Assembly: GCA_040901675.1 (NCBI GenBank)
Contig: JBBDYJ010000021.1
Span: 1-33,639 of the forward strand
Direction: 5' to 3'
Length of the DNA: 33,639 nt
From: Pirellulales bacterium
GTDB taxonomy: Bacteria; Planctomycetota; Planctomycetia; Pirellulales; JAICIG01
A program made the translations under genes and the position numbers. Each line of letters opens with the position of its first letter. The first letter of the stretch is position 1. Shown in pieces: positions 28,421-33,639 of the stretch. The notes under the pieces were generated by a model. It ran no database searches and was not told the DNA's origin. It worked only from the letters and a program-made list of their open reading frames with translations.

Positions 28421-28470
28421 CGAGCGGCCTCGCGGGACGGGATTTGCGGCACTGGTGACATTCTAAAGGA

Positions 28471-28498
28471 GGAAGGTGGAAGGTGGAAGGTGGAAGGA
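28471..28498 (+). repeat. Heptamer tandem repeat (GGAAGGT)x4
   Basis: ggaaggt ggaaggt ggaaggt ggaagga. Confidence 0.8.
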
Positions 28499-28572
28499 GG
28501 GACATGAGGACAAGGCGACGCGGCGATGACGGGGACGGACGAGTCCCCTCCTCCCGCGGCCCTCGGAGCAAC

Positions 28573-28693
28573 ACTAACCCGACGCGGATGTCGGACTTCG
28601 GCGAGCTCAGTCGAGCCGCGGTCTCGACCCGCCCCGAGCTCGTCGAGGGACGCCAGCGAGAGGCGTGATGTGGTCCACTCGCTCCGCGAGTGG
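28573..28693. repeat. Nested and clustered REP-like palindromes
   Basis: ACTAACCCGACGCG [insert with CTTCGGCGAGCTC..GAGCTCGTCGAGG] CCAGCGAG, then CCACTCGCTCCGCGAGTGG. Confidence 0.65.
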
Positions 28694-28900
28694 TTGGCGG
28701 GAAAGGCGTCCCCCCCGGCGGCGACACGCAGGTGCTGGCCAGGCGAACCATGCCCGGCGCATCGGCGCCGGCCGTCGTTGGTCATTCGGCATGATTGCCG
28801 CGCCCGGACGCCCGGATTCTCCGCCAGCCGCCCATGGAATGCAAGGAATCCTCTACAATGGGTGGGGTGCAAACCCGTGGAGTCGATAGGAGATTGAGCG

Positions 28901-29257
28901 ATGACCGACCAGGCCGACTACGATGCCGACGATCTGCGGGCCGACGATCTGGACACCGATGATCTGGACCCCGACGATGCCGACGATGCGGACATTGACG
29001 AGTTGCTCGAGAGGCAGTGGGAAGCGCTCGGCTTGCCTCCGCCGGTTTACGAGGACGAAAGGCTGGCACCCGAGGTCGACTTCAAGGTGTTGCACAAGCT
29101 GGTGCGTCGCGAGTTGCCCGATCAGATGGCCGCCGCCGCCTTCAAGCTGGTTTACACCTTCAGGAGTTGGAGCTTCGCGCACGCGCGGGTTCTCATGGAG
29201 GAGGCGAAGCGTTCGCGGCAGGCTGACCTATTTGATCCCACTGCGGATGAGCATTGA
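28901..29257 (+). CDS. Hypothetical protein with Asp-rich repetitive N-terminus
   Basis: AGGAG RBS; TACAAT at 28854; coherent 118-aa ORF with DDL(R/D) pentapeptide repeats. Confidence 0.65.
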   Translation: MTDQADYDADDLRADDLDTDDLDPDDADDADIDELLERQWEALGLPPPVYEDERLAPEVDFKVLHKLVRRELPDQMAAAAFKLVYTFRSWSFAHARVLMEEAKRSRQADLFDPTADEH

Positions 29258-29418
29258 GGCCGCCGGCCGCGGCCCTGGTTCAGACTTGTGGCCGATCGGC
29301 GCGCGCCAGCAATGGCGGCAGCTCGCCGCCAGCGGACCTGGGCTGCAAGTCCGCCTCCGGAGGCCGAAGGTCCGCCTGTGGAGGATCGCCTTGTCGCCGG
29401 TTCTCCTCTCCATTGCCT

Positions 29419-29575
29419 CGCCCGCAGGGCGCACGATAGTTGCCAGGGACTTTAGTCCCTGGTTTGGTGCCCCACCCCATTTTTTTCCCGCCCGGCGGGC
29501 GAACGCAGCGCGTCCAATTCCCTGCGCGGACCCTTCCTCCCTCTGACCTCTGCCCTCTGACTTCCGACTTCTTAC
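29419..29575 (+). repeat. Composite REP-like plus CTCTGAC-heptamer repeat, copy A
   Basis: CGCCCGCAGGGCGCACG..GTTGCCAGGG.CTTT.AGTCCCT and ctctgac repeats are shared with 31085-31262. Confidence 0.75.
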
Positions 29576-29781
29576 TCCTGCTTCCAGAGTTCGGAAACGG
29601 GGATGGTCGCTTCCGTATCGCCGGCCCGGCGCTCGAGTTCTTCCAGGAAGCCCGGATCATCGTCGGACAACCCAGCGATGTCGTCGGGCAGGGTATCCAG
29701 GAGGCGCCTGACGATTACCAACCGGTCGGCCTCCGGAAGTTTGAGAGCGGCGTCCAGGATTTCATCACGGCTGGCGGGCAT
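29572..29781 (-). CDS. Putative addiction-module component (TIGR02574-like antitoxin)
   Basis: EILDAALKLPEADRLVIVRRLLDTL...ELERR...IPVSEL pattern; 69 aa. Confidence 0.7.
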   Translation of the reverse strand: MPASRDEILDAALKLPEADRLVIVRRLLDTLPDDIAGLSDDDPGFLEELERRAGDTEATIPVSELWKQE

Positions 29782-29817
29782 GGCGCCGATTCCTTTTGGT
29801 CGGGCGAAGAGGCACAA

Positions 29818-30483
29818 TCATGATTCATTCTTGAGCACCTCAATGAACTCGTCCAGCACTTTCTTTTCTTCTTTGGTTAATCGAGCGAAGGACTCCGACT
29901 GGGCTGCGAAGCGAGACGCTTGCTCGGACAAGTTGCTGGGCACTTCGCGGACTGCTCCCGCAAGTACCAGCAGCCGCCTTTCGGGCAACTGGTAGAACTT
30001 GCTCAGCTTGTGAAGCGTAAGCGGCGAGGGTCGATAGCCGGGATCGCGTTCCATCGCAATGATTTCCTGCCGGTCGATGTCCGCGCGGCGTGCCAGGTCA
30101 TCCACGGTGAGCCCTCGCTCGCGGCGAAGCATCTGAACGAAAAGATGGAAGGCCTGTCGGAGCGTGGACACCTCGGGATCATCGGCATCCATGACTACGC
30201 TGACCCGTTGCTTCAGGGCTTTGGCGATCCGGTGCAGCATGGTCAGGGAATGCCCTTCGTAATCCGAGTCCTCCAGCCGGCTGATAACGGACTGGGTTGT
30301 TCCGACAATCTCGGCGAGCTCGCCCTGACTGAGGCCGGCTTCAACGCGAAGCTCGTAGATCATCCGGGCAACTTCGGCATTCACTCGTTCGGCTTCCACA
30401 GAAGCCTTTCGCTCCGCATCCTTCACGTATCGACTGCGAAGGATGTCCACGGCGCGTATGGTCTTGTCCTTCTTGGCCATCAT
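29818..30483 (-). CDS. HigA-like antitoxin with two Xre HTH domains
   Basis: LRVEAGLSQGELAEIVGTTQSVISRLE and LRRERGLTVDDLARRADIDRQEIIAME. Confidence 0.85.
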   Translation of the reverse strand: MMAKKDKTIRAVDILRSRYVKDAERKASVEAERVNAEVARMIYELRVEAGLSQGELAEIVGTTQSVISRLEDSDYEGHSLTMLHRIAKALKQRVSVVMDADDPEVSTLRQAFHLFVQMLRRERGLTVDDLARRADIDRQEIIAMERDPGYRPSPLTLHKLSKFYQLPERRLLVLAGAVREVPSNLSEQASRFAAQSESFARLTKEEKKVLDEFIEVLKNES

Positions 30484-30485
30484 CC

Positions 30486-30848
30486 TTACTCCGCGTAGGT
30501 GTGCTTATCTGGATCTTGATCAAACAACGACTTGTTCCTCAACGCGCGATCGATCTCTTTGTCCGGACCTGCCCCTTCTTTCGTGATTCCATGCGAGAGA
30601 ATGGCGCCTCGTGCATGGAAGGAGTAGAGGATCCGGTAGTTGACGCTCCTGAATCGGATTCGAAGCTCATAGACGCCATCCCTCAGGTAGTCCGCCTCCG
30701 GGCGCCGCAGCTCATGGCCGAGTTCCGCAAGCCTTTCGATGCGGACCTGGCACTTGTCCTGAACTTTCGAGTCCTGCTCATCCAGCCAAAAGAGCAACGG
30801 CGCTGCGCCGTCCTCTTCGGCGAAGATAAGAACCTCTGTTTGGGGCAT
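30486..30848 (-). CDS. RelE/ParE-superfamily (HigB/Gp49-like) toxin
   Basis: LGHELRRPEADYLRDGVYELRIR...YRILYSF...LSHGITKE; toxin-first order; GGAGG RBS. Confidence 0.88.
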   Translation of the reverse strand: MPQTEVLIFAEEDGAAPLLFWLDEQDSKVQDKCQVRIERLAELGHELRRPEADYLRDGVYELRIRFRSVNYRILYSFHARGAILSHGITKEGAGPDKEIDRALRNKSLFDQDPDKHTYAE

Positions 30849-30863
30849 CAGTTCGCCTCCACT

Positions 30864-30906
30864 AGTATCGCATTATTGCGATGGAAAGTCAACGCAATAT
30901 TGCGAT
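30864..30906 (-). promoter_or_regulatory. TA promoter with two palindromic operators
   Basis: TTGACT (30892-30887), 17 bp, GATACT (30869-30864); ATCGCATTATTGCGAT (30867-30882) and AACGCAATATTGCGAT (30891-30906). Confidence 0.75.
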
Positions 30907-31084
30907 AATTACAGGGGCTGTCAAGGGTGCGCGATTGCGTTTGCGCGTTCGGAGGGCGCCTGAATCGCCGGGATGCACTCGGCTTTGCATGACGCCCCGT
31001 CAGCGGCGCTGTGCGCCTGCCACTGGAGCATCGCGCGACATCCCGGCGCGCCGGGACCTCGCCTCCTCCGCCTCCTCGTCTCTT

Positions 31085-31280
31085 CGCCCGCAGGGCGCAC
31101 GGACGTTGCCAGGGGCTTTCAGTCCCTTGGAGCCCAGCCTACCCGCTCCCCCTCGCACCAACCACCGGCCACTAACCACTCACCACTGCTTTCCCGGCAA
31201 CGCCCTGGGTACACAGCCCCCCCTCTTTCTGACTTCTGACCGCTGCCCTCTGACTCCTGATTCAGGTCTCAGCCATCGGT
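31085..31280 (+). repeat. Composite REP-like plus heptamer repeat, copy B
   Basis: Shares its 5' REP and CTCTGAC heptamers with copy A, and CGGCAACGCCCTGGGT plus GGTCTCAGCCATCGG with copy C. Confidence 0.75.
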
Positions 31281-31337
31281 CCGCGTCACCGCGTTACGGC
31301 CCTGATCGTCGTTGTGGTTGATTTCGGCGGAGGCAGC

Positions 31338-31859
31338 TCATTTGCGTGGCAGCTCTTTGTATTGCAACACGTCGAACCCCACGGAAAAGTGAAATCCCCT
31401 GTCCGCGCGAATCCGAGAGCCTCGTTCATTTCGCGGATCACGGGACCACTCATCCTCCGCAGGGGCGATTCCACTGAAGGAGCCCGTCTCGTAACCGATC
31501 AGTTCCAGCGCGGTGCCCGGCTTCGGCACTTTGCGTTCAGCCCAGCGCGAACCCAGCCAAAGCACGGCAGGCTCGTCCAGTGTGCGGTCGCCGACTTGCC
31601 GGACGCGCACATACTCCTCCGGATCGACCGCTTTCGCCCCCTTTCCGAAGTCGGCCTCCACCATTTCTCCTTGAACCGTCAGGAGCGTACCCAACGGCCG
31701 GTCGAGTTTGCCGAGCACTTCAATCGTGTCGCCGAGATCCACGGCGCGCACGCTGGCGATGGCTTTAGGCCGCTGCCGTTCACCGCCCGCCGGAAGTGCC
31801 ACGATGCCGACGAGCAGAGCTGCCGCCACGGTGCACAGCGCCGCGAGAGATCGTTTCAT
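31338..31859 (-). CDS. Hypothetical secreted protein
   Basis: Signal-like MKRSLAALCTVAAALLVGIVALPA; VLGKLDRPLG..GYETGSFSG; GAGGA RBS; TATACT upstream. Confidence 0.7.
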   Translation of the reverse strand: MKRSLAALCTVAAALLVGIVALPAGGERQRPKAIASVRAVDLGDTIEVLGKLDRPLGTLLTVQGEMVEADFGKGAKAVDPEEYVRVRQVGDRTLDEPAVLWLGSRWAERKVPKPGTALELIGYETGSFSGIAPAEDEWSRDPRNERGSRIRADRGFHFSVGFDVLQYKELPRK

Positions 31860-31981
31860 GTCCTCGTCTCCGTGGAAAGAAAGGCCTTGCCTGCCCGCAG
31901 TATAACGCGTCGTGACCGACACGCGTCCGTGGAATCTTGTCCCCGCGATCGGGTCCGTCCGCACGCCATCGGCGATCCTCC

Positions 31982-32086
31982 CGCCCCGAAGGGGCGCAAC
32001 ACATCAGCCCAGCGGCAACGCCCTGGGTGACCAGCGCCCACCCCCTCCCTCTTTTTTCTTCGTCTTCCGATGGTCTCAGCCATCGG
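31982..32086 (+). repeat. Composite REP-like repeat, copy C
   Basis: CGCCCCGAAGGGGCG hairpin, CAGCCCAGCGGCAACGCCCTGGGT, GGTCTCAGCCATCGG. Confidence 0.7.
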
Positions 32087-32232
32087 GCGTGGCGCGCCGA
32101 ATGCGCCCAGGTCGGTCTCAATTCGCTCATGCCCGCCAGTTCGGTGTTCCCCGCGTTCGGCCGAGTCCTGCGAATTTGCTTGCACTCCGCACTGGCAGGC
32201 CCTAGAGTCGTGCCTAACGGGAGGGCGAGCAA

Positions 32233-33021
32233 ATGGCTGGAACCGAATGGTTTTGCAAGATCGGCAACACCGTTCACGGTCCCTTCGAGGCCGGCCAGCT
32301 TCGGCAACTCGCTCAATCAGGCCGCCTTGGTCCTGATGACTTTGTCCGGAAGGGTGCCGGCGGCCAGTGGGTCAAGGCTATTCGCGTGACTGGCTTGGTT
32401 GCGCCGACGCCGCAGCCAGAACCGCAACCCGCTCGCTCCTTGGTTCAAACGGTCAAGCCGGCGAAGCCGGTGGCCGCCCAAATCGTAGAGTCATTCTACG
32501 GCCCAAAGGCACCGCCCCCGGTGCCGACGATGCCTCAAGATTCGCCTGAGGCGGCTTGGCAACGTCAGTTTGCTGCCCAAGCGCCGTTCCAACCTTCGCC
32601 CTGGCAGCAACCGATGCCGCCGCAGCCTTACCCGCCTCAGCAGGCTGCGCCTTTCCAGCCTGGCTACATGACTTCCAGAATTAACCCTGAAAAACTCGGT
32701 TGGTTTGGCATCTTGATGTTTGCTTTACTCACCGTTGTTATGTTGTGTTACATTGTTTCGACTCGCCCCAAATCCTTGCTCGAAGAAACGCTAGAACAAA
32801 CCATCGAAAAAGACAAACAAATTTTGGAAGAAGATATCCGTGTTAGCTCCATAACTGACAAGATGCGAGACTTGGAAGACAAGATACAAAAAATAGCTGA
32901 ACGACTTGAAAGAGGAGGCTACAGAGAGCCCAGCGAGGAAGAAATGAAAGAATGGAACAGGCTAGAGAGTCAACTTGAAGAATTGCGGGAAGCCAGGAGG
33001 AGAATCAAATCTCTACCTTGA
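32233..33021 (+). CDS. GYF_2 (DUF4339)-domain membrane protein with Pro/Gln linker, TM helix and coiled coil
   Basis: WFCKIGNTVHGPFEAGQLRQLAQSGRLGPDDFVRKG...WVKA; TM WFGILMFALLTVVMLCYIV; promoter TTGCAC-17-TAGAGT (32180-32208). Confidence 0.82.
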   Translation: MAGTEWFCKIGNTVHGPFEAGQLRQLAQSGRLGPDDFVRKGAGGQWVKAIRVTGLVAPTPQPEPQPARSLVQTVKPAKPVAAQIVESFYGPKAPPPVPTMPQDSPEAAWQRQFAAQAPFQPSPWQQPMPPQPYPPQQAAPFQPGYMTSRINPEKLGWFGILMFALLTVVMLCYIVSTRPKSLLEETLEQTIEKDKQILEEDIRVSSITDKMRDLEDKIQKIAERLERGGYREPSEEEMKEWNRLESQLEELREARRRIKSLP

Positions 33022-33380
33022 AAGGCTAATCTCGAGTGTAGGCGATCCAGAAAACTCGCATCTTGTAGCGTTAGCTATGGGCCGACTGGCCCATCGTCGA
33101 TTCTTTCCGGTGCCCTCGGCCATCGACGGCCATTGCCTCCGGTGCAACTGCTTGTGCATTTTGCCGCTCTGTCGGCAGCTCTGAGGAGTGTCCGCTACGT
33201 TCGGCGAGCCTCAAAAGTAGAATGTCGCAGACAATGTCCCCTTCTCCTTTTCACCAAGAACATGAAGGAGAGCCCGCCGAACTGGAGGCATTAAAGACCC
33301 AACGAGCATAGCGTCCGCCGCCGCCGGCCTCCGCCGATCCGTGTTAGGCTGCAATGTGCGCGCTCACAGGAGACCAGTCG

Positions 33381-33536
33381 ATGTTCACGTACCAAGTTCG
33401 CTTGTCGCCAAAACCCGGCAACCCTGGCGGCAACATCACCGTCACGGTGCAAGCGCGTTCGGACACCGAGGCTCGCACGATCGTTGTGTCCCAGAACCCG
33501 ACGTACCAAGTGCAGGCGATCCATCGCGTCAACTGA
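33381..33536 (+). CDS. Small hypothetical protein (51 aa)
   Basis: AGGAG RBS; MFTYQVRL...ITVTVQARSDTEARTIVVSQNP. Confidence 0.6.
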   Translation: MFTYQVRLSPKPGNPGGNITVTVQARSDTEARTIVVSQNPTYQVQAIHRVN

Positions 33537-33585
33537 CAAGGCACTGCCACAATGCGTACCTCAACAGCGGAAGCAAACAATTACA

Positions 33586-33639
33586 GGGTATTCGGACTTT
33601 TGAGTGGGTTCGGTGGGGGCTTTGCCCCCATACCCCCAG
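33586..33639 (+). mobile_element. Probable insertion-sequence terminus running off the right edge
   Basis: GGGTATTCGGACTTTTGAGTGGGT is an inverted match to 32-55, followed by a TGGGGGC-TTT-GCCCCCA hairpin. Confidence 0.6.

Noticed and set aside
32144..32155. GTGTTCCCCGCG, resembling the start of a type I-E CRISPR repeat
   Set aside because: Single partial match with no complementary arm and no repetition.
29419..33639. Classical integron or prophage at the right end
   Set aside because: No tyrosine integrase, no recognisable attC core sites and no phage structural genes.
1..33639. The window as a circular element closed through one IS copy
   Set aside because: Sequences next to the two inverted repeats do not form a target-site duplication, and the cargo includes core chromosomal genes (rpmI, rplT, pheST).

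Overview
A GC-rich bacterial window whose gene content points to Planctomycetota, probably Pirellulales-like (inference from the BON+CsrA pair, BlaI/M56 pair, Ser/Thr kinase-FGE fusion, long-ACP fab cluster, short PheT and GYF_2 protein). Left to right it holds: a SWIM zinc-finger gene; a SNF2 helicase split by one in-frame TAG; a tartrate/IPM dehydrogenase-family gene; csrA and a BON gene; blaI-blaR1(M56); a kinase-FGE fusion; an atypical fabZ-fabG-ACP-fabZ-fabF operon; a scrambled sigma54-linked hsp20 locus; ptsI; a prolyl oligopeptidase; mazEF; rpmI-rplT-pheS-pheT; an M50 protease; an S41 protease; and an accessory right end with toxin-antitoxin and orphan genes separated by REP-like and heptamer repeats. 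The main unexplained features are: (1) a 24-bp inverted repeat pair at the two window ends, probably IS termini, the left one cutting a gene start; (2) the amber-interrupted SNF2; (3) an hsp20 locus made of three fragments in three reading frames; (4) a FAS-II/type II PKS-like operon with an extended ACP and no enoyl reductase; (5) accessory genes bracketed by composite REP-like direct repeats, plus one REP nested inside another. No rRNA, tRNA or CRISPR array was seen. All assignments come from reading motifs by eye; no database search was run.
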